From: Eledone cirrhosa
Lineage: Eukaryota
Length of the DNA: 64,000 bases
Direction of reading: 5' to 3'
NCBI GenBank assembly: GCA_964016885.1
Contig: OZ024743.1
Location: 83,762,001 to 83,826,000, forward strand
The translations under genes and the position numbers were made by a program. The notes below the pieces were generated by a model. The model was not told the origin of the DNA, ran no database searches, and saw nothing but the letters and a program-made list of their open reading frames with translations. Positions 13,939-27,185 of the stretch are shown here, piece by piece (position 1 is the stretch's first letter; each line of letters begins with the position of its first letter).

Positions 13939-14087
13939 CCACCAATATATATATATACTAGTAATGAAGTTATATCTGTATATACAGTATAGAGGTAAAA
14001 GAAACTGTGTAGATGTGTGTAGAAATTGATACAATCTTTGTAAACATGTCAAATATACGGATTTCACTGTAAATCGAAAGCTTTCTA

Positions 14088-14239
14088 GGCATGAAGCATA
14101 GAGTTACCTCCCTTTATGATCTGAGTTCAAATTCCGCCGAGGTTAACTTTGCCTTTCATCCTTACAGGGTCGATAAAATAAAGTACAAGTAATACACTGG
14201 GATAATTGCTGGCCTTGTGCCAAAAGTAGAAACAATTAT
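14088..14239 (+). mobile_element. SINE family A, 5'-truncated
   Basis: B-box plus central domain and 3' end GGCCTTGTGCCAAAAGTAGAAACAATTA. Confidence 0.85.
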
Positions 14240-14751
14240 ATTTATGTATGCCGGTGTGAACATAAACATCATGTTAACATTCATGCAGGAGCCATGGAGT
14301 TCCTAGTTTTACTAAAGCAATTAAAATAATTATCATAGATTTATCCTACTTAACACCCACTCTCTGGCCGCCAGATTACTAAAGACGTTTAAGTAGTTCA
14401 TGAGAATATTTCTAGACTTGGAATTGTAAATGGCGGGAGGCATTGAATTAAATGTAATTGCTAGTTCAACAATGGAATCTGTTTTCTTAAGGTTACTATT
14501 TCCTTACAACAAACAGTTAATTCGGCCATTGTATCTTTACTATTCTAATATAAAACAGGCAAACATTTTGTTGTTGCAGACGACCGTGAACAGTAATTCA
14601 AGATGAAAGCTAATATTTTCCTTTCGTTCAAGAAATTCTTATACTATCAACATTAAACAAGAAAAGGATGGGAATATTTCGTGTAGAATAAATTGAATCT
14701 TTGTTGTCTTTTATCTTATCATTGCTATGTTAATATTCTATTTCGGTCAAA

Positions 14752-14960
14752 GGTGGTGAACTGGCGGAATTGGTAGATAAAATGCTATTGCAGTATTTGT
14801 TCTGAATCTTTAAATTTTGAGTTTAATTCTGGCAGGGATCAATTTTGCCTTTTATTCTTCCGCGGTCGATGAAAATAAAGAATCAGTCAAGAACTGGGGT
14901 CGATTTAATCAACTTTGCCAAGCCCCTCAAATTTGCTGGGTTTTTGTCTAAATTAAGAAT
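14752..14960 (+). mobile_element. Old SINE family A copy
   Basis: GGTGGTGAACTGGCGGAATTGG head, GAGTTTAATTC B-box, TTTGCCTTTTATTCTTCCGCGGTCGATGAAAATAAAG domain. Confidence 0.7.
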
Positions 14961-15716
14961 CAATATCCTATTTTGGTAATTTCTATTCCGTAATCTTGTT
15001 ACGGTCAATAGAAAGGGCGTTTTTATCTTTAAAAAAAGGGGTTTTTTGTCCATAAAAATATATCAGAAGTTATTCCAAGTCAAAAATTCTAAAATTGATT
15101 AGGCTTAGATTTATTTTTGACGAATATATTTAGTTATGATTGTTTGAGAAAAGAAATAGAGTGTGGTGTTGATGACTAGTGATATTCTATACCATTCGTT
15201 GCCAACATTACATCTCCTTTCTATTGAAAAAGGGTTGGCAACCTCGAAATATCATAAGATATAAGGTAAGTGTATAAACTTTATTCTTTTTCTTATTTTG
15301 TTCTAGTTTTCTTTCTTCTGTTTCTAATTTGCATTGTACTGACTTTTCTAAAACTATCCTAACCACATATCTTACGATGTTTCATATAAGCTAAATATAT
15401 ATAGGCTTTCTGCGGATGATTGTGGTGATCCAATACGTGACATGTACTTTCTTATGCAATGCATGAGCCCATGATTCCTGACAGAGTCGTAGGGGTACCG
15501 TTATGACGCACAGCGTGTCTTGGTCATTTTAAACTTGGCAGATATCATTCCAGGTCAGAACGGAGCCAGGGGTTATCTCTGACTTATGTGGCTTTAAGCG
15601 AATGAGATTTCAATACTTTAATAGAACGACTGTCTGCTTCAAGAGCACGCGCCTTGTCCGTTCCCTGGTCGTTTCAGTTTGGATTGCCTTGGGAACGTAA
15701 CCTTATTATGTAAGAC

Positions 15717-15791
15717 GCTGTCTGATGATGTCACGGCACTGGGTACACGGAATCGTGTGACCACTGTCGTCATTGAAATATGTATCACAGC
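15717..15791 (+). ncRNA. Type I hammerhead ribozyme
   Basis: GCTGT CTGATGA TGTCACGGCA...TGTCGTCATT GAAAT ATGT ATC ACAGC; perfect 5-bp stem I; predicted cleavage after AUC (15786). Confidence 0.75.
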
Positions 15792-15849
15792 ATTATCATT
15801 AAAGGACCTTAACATCTGAAACTACTTCGCATTTTCTCATTCTCTCTCC

Positions 15850-15888
<39 letters not shown>

Positions 15889-15956
15889 GTTCCGTTTAGT
15901 GAATTTCAACACGGCCCCCTTCATTTCATGTTGTCCAGTCCACTCAGCAGTAACAG

Positions 15957-16001
<45 letters not shown>

Positions 16002-16062
16002 GTAATGTTTATTAATTACGATAGATTGCAGTAATATGAGTACGCAATGCTACTTCTTAAAC

Positions 16063-16126
<64 letters not shown>

Positions 16127-16503
16127 CAACAGCAGCTGTTACTGCTGAGTGGACTGGACAACATGAAATGAAGGGCCGTTTTGAAATTCACTAAACGGAA
16201 CTCAGGATCGAACCGATAGCCTTACAATTATGCGAAAGCCTCTCTAGCTACCAGACCGTGCATCTTCCCTAGTAACGATAATTTACTGTAATGTCCATGT
16301 AGTTTGTTATCTGTGTGTAATAGAGTAAAAAAGTGGAAATACTGGAAAGGTCTCTACGGCATTATTTATCTTATAGTTATTAGTAGGAAGTGGGTTTTGG
16401 TGCGTAAAAACATCGGTGTTATTACAGTAATCCATTCTTCTTGTTTCGATTTGTTTTTATTCATTTAGAGTCCATTCGGCTTTTGATTATTGATATGTAT
16501 ACA

Positions 16504-16639
<136 letters not shown>

Positions 16640-16744
16640 ATTCTGAAACGAAGTCATCAGATATGACAGAAAAATCTTCGATCATTTTCCCACTCACTCG
16701 ATGCTTAAAAAGAAAAAAATATATATATATATATATACACACAG

Positions 16745-16822
<78 letters not shown>

Positions 16823-16828
16823 ACCGTT

Positions 16829-17204
<376 letters not shown>

Positions 17205-17534
17205 TAAGATATGTGTAAAAACTAAAAACGAAAACCTGAAATAACTTTGGCAACTCTGATACCGACATTATAGACGAAATGCCATCCATGAATACAACTG
17301 AAAAGTTTCCATTAATATTTACCGTATTCTTTTCTGGTTCAATGAGACTTTCCTGAAGGTTAGGAATGCTGAAATTCGAACCAGGGACATCCTGCTTTAA
17401 CTACAACTTTTCATGTTCTTTCTCGCTATAAATATATTTTATCTCTGATGAGACTGTCAGTCATTTTTATTATACTTTTTATGTACTAATATGTGGTTTT
17501 TGTTGTTGTTGTTGTTGTTGTTTTCAAACTTCCT

Positions 17535-17571
<37 letters not shown>

Positions 17572-17572
17572 A

Positions 17573-17655
<83 letters not shown>

Positions 17656-17715
17656 CATCACCACCGCCGCCACTAGTACTACTACTACTCCTTTTCTTTT
17701 CTTCGTCTTCCCTTT

Positions 17716-17749
<34 letters not shown>

Positions 17750-17881
17750 CAAAGAAAATGTGGTAAGGAACCAGGTGGACCATAACGCACCAGAGTACTC
17801 GATACTTAGGGTAGTAGGAAAAGAGTCAACATCCCGACGGCTGAGCTCCGGCCGTTTCGACAGCTAGATCCGAACTCTTTT

Positions 17882-17947
<66 letters not shown>

Positions 17948-17952
<5 letters not shown>

Positions 17953-18273
17953 ATATTAAATAAATGGAAACTATATTTATAAAATCATATTTATTCTGTT
18001 ATATATATTTCAAGGGTACCAAAAACTTTGGTACGCTTTCATCAGATAAAATACAAAGTGTGTTTTATAAATGTTGACATAGCCAAGGAACATACCTTAA
18101 CGGTTGGAAAATTTCAACCGTTAAGGTATGTTCCTTGGCTATGTCAAAATTTATAAAACACACTTTGTATTTTATCTGATGAAAGCGTACCAAAGTTTTT
18201 GGTACCCTTGAAATATATATAACAGAATAAATATGATTTTATAAATATAGTTTCCATTTATTTAATATCATTG
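17948..18273. repeat. ~325 bp fold-back palindrome with HHR in each arm
   Basis: Arms of ~160 bp centred near 18110; plus-strand CTGATGA AAGCGTACCAAA GTT TTTGGTACCCTT GAAATATATA at 18176-18220. Confidence 0.85.
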
Positions 18274-18365
18274 AATACTATACTCCGGAAAACTTGTCGA
18301 GTGCTCTAAATCAGTTATAAACATTTATATTTGTTGAATTACCAACAAATTGAATATCCCTTCTG

Positions 18366-18419
<54 letters not shown>

Positions 18420-18579
18420 GACACACACACACATATCTATATATAAATTTCTGCGATTCTGTCACAACCCGTAAAGAGAGAGGAGTAGTTTGACTATCTC
18501 ATACTATTCCTCTCTCTTCACGTCAGCTGCCTGCGTGAATGTATGTATATGCACATACACATACGCGTGATGAAAAAAA

Positions 18580-18612
<33 letters not shown>

Positions 18613-18671
18613 CAAAGGAATTGTGGTAAGGAACCAGATGGACCATAAGGCACCAGAGTACTCAATACTTA

Positions 18672-18770
18672 GGGTAGTAGAGTGGGAAATAGGAAAAGTA
18701 TGACCCCCGACAGCAGAGATCAAGCCGTTTCGACGGCTATTTCTGGTCATGAACTTTTGCCTATATACAC

Positions 18771-18808
<38 letters not shown>

Positions 18809-18943
18809 GTGTATATAGGCAAAAGTTCATGACCCCAACGGCAGAGCTCAATTCAACGGCTATTCTGTAGAAATAGCCGTCGAAAAGGCTTGAGCTCTGC
18901 CGTCGGGGTCTTGAACTTTTTCCTATTACCCACTCTACTACTC
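18672..18943. repeat. Nested inverted repeats of a dispersed pLTR-like family
   Basis: Outer arms 18672-18744/18868-18943; inner palindrome 18745-18834. Family motif GACCCCGACGGCAGAGCTCAAGCCGTTTCGAC also at 17830, 32197, 49950 and 51150. Confidence 0.75.
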
Positions 18944-19000
18944 TCTATATATGCACACAAACACATATATATATAAAGATATATATATATATATACACAC

Positions 19001-19123
<123 letters not shown>

Positions 19124-19534
19124 CACATACACACGTGTGTGTGATGGAATTCGTTGGAAACTTGGTATTCAGTTAATGGCCATAAAGGAGGTGTGTGGTG
19201 GGGCTCTAGTGGGTAGAACACCAGGTAATCAATAGGATCTTGAACTACTCTCGTCTACATTTCACCTTGTTTGCGACAACAACAACAACAACAACAGCAG
19301 CAGCAGCAGCAGCAGCAGCAGTAACGGAATATACATAGAATAGAGGTGGCGGGTGGAACTGTGGAGATTTATGGATAGGAGGGAGGGAGAAGAAGAAGAA
19401 GAAGAAGAAGAAGAAGAAGAAGAAGAAGAAGAAGAAGAAGAAGAAGAAGAAGAAGAAGAAGAAGAAGAAGAAGAAGACAAATTGAAGCTTACAAAGACCA
19501 AGGGAGTCCTGCATATCCATGGGTCTTTAACTTA

Positions 19535-20621
19535 AGCACAAGGCCAGTAAGTTGAAGGAAGAGGAAGACGATTGTATCGACCCCAGTGCATGACTGGTAT
19601 TTTATTTTATCGGTTTTGAAAGTATTTGAACTCGGTGGAACTTCAGCCCAGAACGTAAAGAGCCGCAACAAATAAATACCTTGAGAGATTTTTTTTCCAA
19701 AGCTCAAACGTCTCTACCAATATATCAATAATTTTCTAATTTTCAATACATCAATGCATACATTATCCTGTAACTCGTGGGGCAGTCGTAGGGTCACCGT
19801 ATTGATATACGGCGTTTTAGAGCGTATTTCAACCTGACGGAGCTCATCTCATCTCCAGGTCTGAATACAGTAGATCGCTTCCAGAGAACTTAGAACGTTA
19901 AAGGGCCATAACTCTATGCCGTAAAGCATTTTGTCCGACGCTCTACCGACACTGCCAATCTACCACCCTTGAAATTTTTAATAATAATAATAATACAGAG
20001 AAAGATAAAGAGTGAAAGAGATGATGTGAGAAAGAGATATAGAGGGGATATCGACCTCAGTACTTGACTGGTACTTTTTTTATCGACCGCGAATTGATGA
20101 AAGAAAAAGTTGACCTCGGCGGGATTTAAACTCAGAGAGTAGAAACAAACACCGCAAAGCATTCTGACGTTCTAACGACTCTGCCACTTAATACATCAAT
20201 AATAATTATAAAAATAATTCTTTCTAACATTGGCACAAGGCCAACAATTTGGGGGAAGGGGAAAGTCGTTTATATCGCCCACAGTACTTAACAGGTGATT
20301 TATCTTCGTGACTCCTGAAGGATTAAAAGCAAATTTGACTGCGGTTTTTCAGCTTTCCGAGGTCGATAAAATAAAGTACCAGTTAAGCACAGGGTCGATA
20401 TAAATGATTTTCCGCTTTCCCCAAATTGCTGACCTTGTGGATTGGCAGTATCGGTAGAGAGTCTGACGCCATGCTTTGACGCATAGAGTTACGGCCCTTG
20501 CCATTCTGAGTTCAAATCCCGCCGAGGTTAACTTTGCCTTTCATCCTTACGGGGTCGATAAAATAAAGTACCAGTAATGCACTGGGTAATTGCTGGCCTT
20601 GTGCCAAAAGTAGAAACAATA
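19535..20621. mobile_element. Cluster of nested SINE family A copies in both orientations
   Basis: Minus-strand copies at ~19535-19720, 19770-20185 and 20230-20340; young plus-strand copy at 20439-20621. Confidence 0.75.
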
Positions 20622-20760
20622 TTAGAGAAATGCAAGCAATTTTGGAGGAAATAGGAATGGCGGTGGGGTGGAGTCGATTTATTTTGAATGGAATCTACTA
20701 TACTCACACAACTTCTACATATTAGATTACACTGTAGAAGTATATATGAAAGCATAAAGA

Positions 20761-21000
20761 TACGTTTGCTCCAAATATCGGTCGCTCTCCGACAGGTTTG
20801 CGGTCGAGCTCGTGACAGTGGAGACTTCTGGTGTCTTTAGCACTAGGACCACATCCCTACTCACCACCATTGACACAGAGTTGGCTACCCGCAGCTGTGA
20901 GCCTCACGAGCTGGAATGGCTTTTTCGGCGTGTCTGCCTCACCATCCTCCACCGGGCCCGCTGGGCGGCCAGTGCGTGGGCTCCCATTTGCTCACAATAG
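20761..21000 (+). pseudogene. C-terminal restriction-like endonuclease fragment of a CRE-like non-LTR retrotransposon
   Basis: In-frame SKYRSLSDRFAVELVTVETSGVFS...EPHELEWLFRRVCLTILHR resembles the KY..L...F.P.AVET.G...E..WL.QR.SLAI.R pattern. Confidence 0.65.
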
Positions 21001-21310
21001 TGAGAGATGGGGAGAGCGGGAGAGATGGAGGCAGGAACAGTGGAAGTTTGGTTCTTTTGTGTGGGACCTGGGGTATATATGTGTGTATTTAAATATAATT
21101 GCTTGTTGAGGTTATCCAACTGTTAACTAAAACTAGGGACACAAGCCACCCAACCAGCCAGCCTGTTGGTAAATCAGCTAAAATATCAATCAACAATATA
21201 TTTTATAACCCGATAACCCAAAACAATGAGGATACATTTATGTATAATAAATATACGAGACTTGTTATAACATGATCACAGCTTTAAAAAGATTTATAGC
21301 GAATCTCTCG

Positions 21311-21497
21311 GTGGATTGGCAGTATCGGTAGAGGGTCGGACGCCATGCTTTGCAGCAAAGAGTTACGGCCCTTTATGGTCTGATTTCAAATCTCACCGAG
21401 GTTAACTTTGCCTTTCATCCTTACGGGGTCGATAAAATAAAGTACCAGTAATACACTGGGATAATTGATGGCCTTGTGCCAAAAGTAGAAACAATTA
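21311..21497 (+). mobile_element. Full-length SINE family A
   Basis: GGTGGATTGGCAGTATCGG A-box through AAAAGTAGAAACAATTA. Confidence 0.9.
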
Positions 21498-21708
21498 TAC
21501 ATAAACATATCCTATAAGCTTTTATATACATCCCTATTACGAACCACGTTATGTTAGTACCACTTCTAATTTGATTACATTGTGTTAGTTCTACTAGTTT
21601 CAGAAGTAGGGACTTAATACATTTATTTCTCAATACATCCTTCAGTATATCTTTATATGAAAAATGTTCAATAATCAAGCGTGCGTATGATCAACCAATC
21701 ATGTACCC

Positions 21709-22030
21709 GTAACTGGTGCAGCCTTCCGATGGAGTGCCATCATAGAGACGTTTTCCTGTGTGTCCATTATGGCAAATCAGTAGGGCTTAGAAATGCTTGG
21801 TAGTGCCCATATCCTCGTAACTGGTGCAGCTAGGCGTTGGGGTGCCACTCTACAGACATTAGACTGTGTATCCTCCATGGCATATCAGAGGTCCTTAGAA
21901 ATGTTTTGTGGTGTCCCTCTCCTTGTAACTGGTGCAACAATTATTTGAGGTACTACTCTTGACGTTTAACTGTGTATCCATCATAGAATTTCAGTAGGCT
22001 TTGGAAATGCTTGGCAATTCCCATATCCTC
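21709..22030. repeat. Diverged 108-bp minisatellite, 3 units
   Basis: GTAACTGGTGCA recurs at 21709, 21817 and 21925. Confidence 0.8.
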
Positions 22031-22309
22031 TCCAAGCCTCCAGTCCTTCGCTAAGTTTAACCTACCTGCAGAAGCAATTATAAAGGTGTGGTTAAAAAAT
22101 ATCCTGGAGTTAAATGTGAGATCCCGTCCCTAAGGAGGCCGTTGTTACATATCGTAGTATTATGTCTAACTGAAAACCCCAGTTTTCAGATAATGTTTCT
22201 TCAAATCCCGGATAACGCTATGTCAGGAAATAACATTTCTTTAAATCTTTCCACCCTACTTTTGAAAAGACACTGGGTAATGGTACATCCAGTTTTGAAT
22301 CTCTCAGAG

Positions 22310-22502
22310 ATCTGAGTTCAAATCCCGGCGTGGTCAATTTTGCCTTTCATACTTTCAAGGTCGTTAAAAAGTACTAAGATCGATTCTTCCTCAATATCTC
22401 TTTCTCTCCTCCCCGCACACTCTCCCTCTCCCTCTCTCCTTCTCTCTCTCCCTTACATTCTCTTACTCTCTCTCTTTCTTTCTCTCCCCCACCCCACCTA
22501 CG

Positions 22503-22533
<31 letters not shown>

Positions 22534-24027
22534 CCCCTCTCTCTCTCTCCATCTCCCCCTCTCTCTCTCCCTCTCTCTCTCTCTCCCCCTCTCTCTCTCT
22601 CTCTCTCTCCCTCTCTCTCTAGAAGAAATCAGCTATGCTCAGACCTGGAAAGGAGATAGGCGAAGACAGGTTTAAAATATCCAAAATACGCCATATATCC
22701 CGACGGCGCCCCTACGACGCCATCAGGAGTTTCGGGCACATACATACATGATGGTTGCAAACTCTGCTAAGAGTACTGCAATTGATTGTCAGATTATAGA
22801 GTTTGGTGCACTTTTAGGCTACGGCCAGCCACACAAACCTGTAACAGACCCTGAACAAGCAATGCCTGTGCTTTGAAGGTTTTTTTAAACGGGGGAAAGG
22901 CCTTGCACTCGACCAATCCCACTCTCTGAACATCGAAAACACTATCCGAAAAGGAGAACTGGTCAACATCATCGGATGCTTCCGAAACTTCAAGGTTTTT
23001 TTCAGAGTTTCCCTCTCCTAAAAAGGTGTTGTGACAACTGGGGTCCTTTCACTCCCAGGTGAAGAAAAAAAATAAAAGTACTATTTGGATGGCCGTTGAC
23101 TGTTGAGTTCCTCCGCCCTTTCCTGGGTCTTGTATTTCATCCCGCAGGGTGTCCAAATATCACCCTCCTCACCAAGCAAGCTTGGTGGGGTTGCCAGTCT
23201 AGTCACCGACGACTCGACCATGACACAGGTTGTACTGGGATACATGTTGCCAGTAACACTCGAGCATACATACATACATACATACATACATACATACATA
23301 CATACATACATACATACATACATACATACATACATACATACATGGTGGCTGCCAACTCGTTTTCGAGTACGGCCACTACTTTATATCCATGTAGGAGAAC
23401 CCCTACCGATCCGCTGAACAAGTGTGACTTTTTAGTCCAGCCAGCGACTTGAAAACTCTGGTAAAAACACTACACTTGTGACAATTATTGACACATAGTG
23501 CTGGGCCCATGATACCATGTGACGACAAGTGCAGAGAGATCACCAGATATAAAGCAATGCCTGTGCCGTGAAGCTTTTATAGTGAGCAAAGGCACTGCAC
23601 AAAGCCAGTCCCACTCTCTTAACCAAGATGATATTTACCAAAAAGAAGAACAAGTCAACATCATTGGATACCATCAGGGTTGCAGGTGTTATATCAGAGT
23701 TTTCCTTCTCCTAGAATTCTGCCTTGACAAAGGCTAAGGGGTCATCTCTCCCGGTGATTTTGGATGGCCATTGACTCTTAAGAGCTCCTTTGCCCTTTGA
23801 CAGGTTTTGTTTTTAGTCCTGCAGGATGTCCAAAGTCACCCTCCTCACCAAGAAACCTTGGTGGGGTTGCCAGTTTAGTCGCCAACGACCCGACCATGAG
23901 ACAGGTTGTACTATGATACATGTTACCAGTAGCACCAACTGGTGACCTGCCATACATACATACATACATACATACATACATACATACATACATACATACA
24001 TACATACATACATACATACATACATAC
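22310..24027 (+). mobile_element. SINE train: A-headed SINE with (CATA)n tail followed by two RTE-related (CATA)n-tailed elements
   Basis: Units 22310-22747, 22748-23341 and 23342-24027; RTE-like CAGAGTTTTCCTTCTCCTAG...CAAAGGCTAA motif; homologues at 12040-12360, 35121-35743 and 46914-47098 (minus). Confidence 0.75.
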
Positions 24028-24299
24028 AGTGCTGATCGGAACCGACAAAGGTCCATAACATCCTTGAACATCTGCAAGATTTTGCTAGTAATTAAACAGT
24101 TAATGGTTGTGTAATGGGATCCTTAAGCCCTTAATAAAATACGACACGTCTTATGTGTATCTTCGTCTTCCTTTTATTTACAGGCTTGCCACAGACAAGA
24201 CTGTGCTGGCACCAGGAGAGAGAATTCAAGTAACACAAAAGGTTCAGAGACGGACGTATGTTTATCCTGGGTATAGTCACAGATGTGTGTCTGTGTGAG

Positions 24300-24663
24300 G
24301 CTGTGGATGTATGTTCGTATGTACGTTTGTATGTATATATGTATATATGTATATATGTATGTGTGTATGTGTGTGTGTATGTGTGTGTATGTATGTATAG
24401 ATATATATATATGTATGTGTGTATGTGTGTGTGTGTATGTATGTGTATGTATGTACGTATGTATTTATGTATGTACAGGTGTAGATGCGCATATATGTGT
24501 ATATACCTATGTATATGTGTGTATATACGTTTATATATATATATATGCGTGTATATGTGTGTGTATGTGTGTGTATGTATATGTGTATATAAGCATGTAT
24601 ACGTTTATATATAAGTGTGTAACTGTGCAGGTGTATGTGTGTGTGTGTATGTATAGACGTTTA

Positions 24664-24704
<41 letters not shown>

Positions 24705-24922
24705 GTGTGTATATGTATGTGTATGTGTTTGTATGTATGTATACACGTTTACATATATATATATATATGTGTGTGTGTATGTGTGTGTATGTATGTGTAT
24801 ATGTATGTGTATGTGTTTGTATGTACGTATGTATGTATGTATGTACGTCTGTATGTATGTACACATACATATATATATATATATGTAAACGTGTATACAT
24901 ACATACAAACACATACACATAC

Positions 24923-24955
<33 letters not shown>

Positions 24956-25570
24956 TGTATGTATGTATGTATGTATGTATGAATGTATGTATGTATGTAT
25001 ATATATATATATATATGTATGTATATATGTATGTATATGTATGTGTGTATATGTCTGTCTGTATGTATGTATATGTAAGTATGTGTGTATGTATGTAAAC
25101 ATCTGTGTGTGTATGTGTCTGTATGTATATGTAAGTATGTATGTATGTATGTATGAATGTATGTATGTATGTATGTATGTATGTATGTATATATATATAT
25201 ATGTATGTATATATGTATGTATATGTATGTGTGTATATGTCTGTCTGTATGTATGTATATGTAAGTATGTGTGTATGTATGTAAACATATGTGTGTGTAT
25301 GTGTCTGTATGTATATGTAAGTATGTGTGTATGTATGTAAACATCTGTGTGTGTATGTGTCTGTATGTATGTATGTATGTATGTATGTATGTATATGTAA
25401 GTATGTGTGTATGTATGTAAACATCTGTGTGTGTATGTGTCTGTCTGTATGTATATGTAAGTATGTGTGTATGTATGTAAACATCTGTGTGTGTATGTGT
25501 CTGTCTGTATGTATGTATGTATATGTAAGTATGTGTGTATGTATGTAGACATCTATGTGTGTATGTGTGT
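24300..25570. repeat. Compound TATG/TG minisatellite with higher-order units
   Basis: Recurrent ATGTAAGTATGTGTGTATGTATGTAAACATCTGTGTG. Confidence 0.9.
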
Positions 25571-25835
25571 AAAAGCAGGATTCTGTGACTGCACAAGGTA
25601 TTATGACTGCAGGCTGTAGGTTTGAAAACAATTTTTATGTGGTGTATATGTTCCGACAATAATAGGAAATGTTTAAGAGTATTGTTTCAAACACACACAC
25701 ACATAAAAACACACTCAAACGCACATATAATTGAATATACATACATGTTTGCATATATATATACACTAACAAGCCCTCTAATGTTTTCGCACATCAAGCT
25801 CAAACTCCCTCCCAAAACAGAAATATATATGTATG

Positions 25836-25926
<91 letters not shown>

Positions 25927-25971
25927 AAGTAAGTCAAACATGTTAAATTTGGCTTCAAACACATACTAAAA

Positions 25972-26019
<48 letters not shown>

Positions 26020-26021
<2 letters not shown>

Positions 26022-26173
26022 TCGTCATCATCGTTTAACGTCTATCTTCAATGCTAGCATGGGTTTAGACGGGAATTGTCCGACGTGAGGCAAGATTGGT
26101 TGTCTTGCTCATATAGGACTGTCTGGTGGGTTTTCTACGGCTGGATGCCCTTCCTAACACCAACTACGTTTAC

Positions 26174-26175
<2 letters not shown>
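26020..26175 (-). mobile_element. SINE 3' fragment with (GAT)n-like tail
   Basis: CATCATCGTTTAACGTC...ATGCTAGCATGGGTT...GGCTGGATGCCCTTCCTAAC, recognised from memory as a common SINE end. Confidence 0.55.
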
Positions 26176-26231
<56 letters not shown>

Positions 26232-26242
26232 ATATATTTATA

Positions 26243-26291
<49 letters not shown>

Positions 26292-26536
26292 GCATATACA
26301 TATATATACATATATACATATATACATATACATTTATATATATATATGTATTTATATACTTATATATATATATGTATACATATATATATATATACTTATA
26401 TATATGTATGTATACATATATATATACTTATATATATATATATATATAAACGGAAAAAATGAAACAAAATTTCATTTCCCACTCTTAGTACAGCTGTTAC
26501 TTATATATATATATATACGTATGTATATACACAAAC

Positions 26537-26570
<34 letters not shown>

Positions 26571-26838
26571 CAGCCCCGGTATCAGTATTCCGCTGTCCTA
26601 CCAACGTTCATTATACTTTACATTAAACACAACAAAACAGATATTTCCCACCAGAGGGCGTAACTCTGAAACTGAGATCAAATGACATTCAACACTAAAA
26701 TCAACGTGTCTGCGTGTCTGCATGTGTGTGTGCGTGCGTGTGAGTGTGTGTGTATGTCTGTGTTCGTGTTTGTATAATTATTATGCATATGTCTTTGTAC
26801 GAACGTACATAGTACATACATGTGTGTGCATGTTTCTT

Positions 26839-26885
<47 letters not shown>

Positions 26886-27009
26886 GTGAGGTTTTTTTTA
26901 CAAAATGAAAAATAACCGAGGTGTCGTACATGAGTGAAAGTATAAAGAAAAAAAGATGAAATCGAAAATGCAACTGGAGTCTTATTTAAAAAAAATATAT
27001 ATATATTAT

Positions 27010-27185
27010 ATATAGTTCAAGGAAACGACAAAACAGAGGTACAAAAAGTCTTATTAGTTTCACGCTTTATATGGAAAGGGGAAAGAAAGTTCGACGTGTC
27101 GGGCTTTAACCCTTCTTCAGGAGTACAAAAATAGAGACAGGATCACAAAGGATAGATACAGAGAATAAAAGGTAGTCAGTAGTGT
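27010..27185 (-). mobile_element. Solo pLTR fragment related to the Neptune-type PLE
   Basis: TTATTAGTTTCACGCT...CGACGTGTCGGGCTTTAACCCTTCTTCAGG matches 54202-54273 including the HHR (GAAA mutated). Confidence 0.7.

Noticed and set aside
17440-17470. Functional hammerhead at CTGATGAGACTGTCAGTC
   Set aside because: The GAAA half of the core is missing; a remnant at best.
17486-17867. Poly-Ser/Leu/Tyr/Val ORFs
   Set aside because: (CTA)n trinucleotide repeat.
24258-25659. Long ORFs up to 366 aa
   Set aside because: Translations of TATG/TG microsatellite, open in many frames, with no domain content. The same applies to the other YI/HT/CV ORFs.
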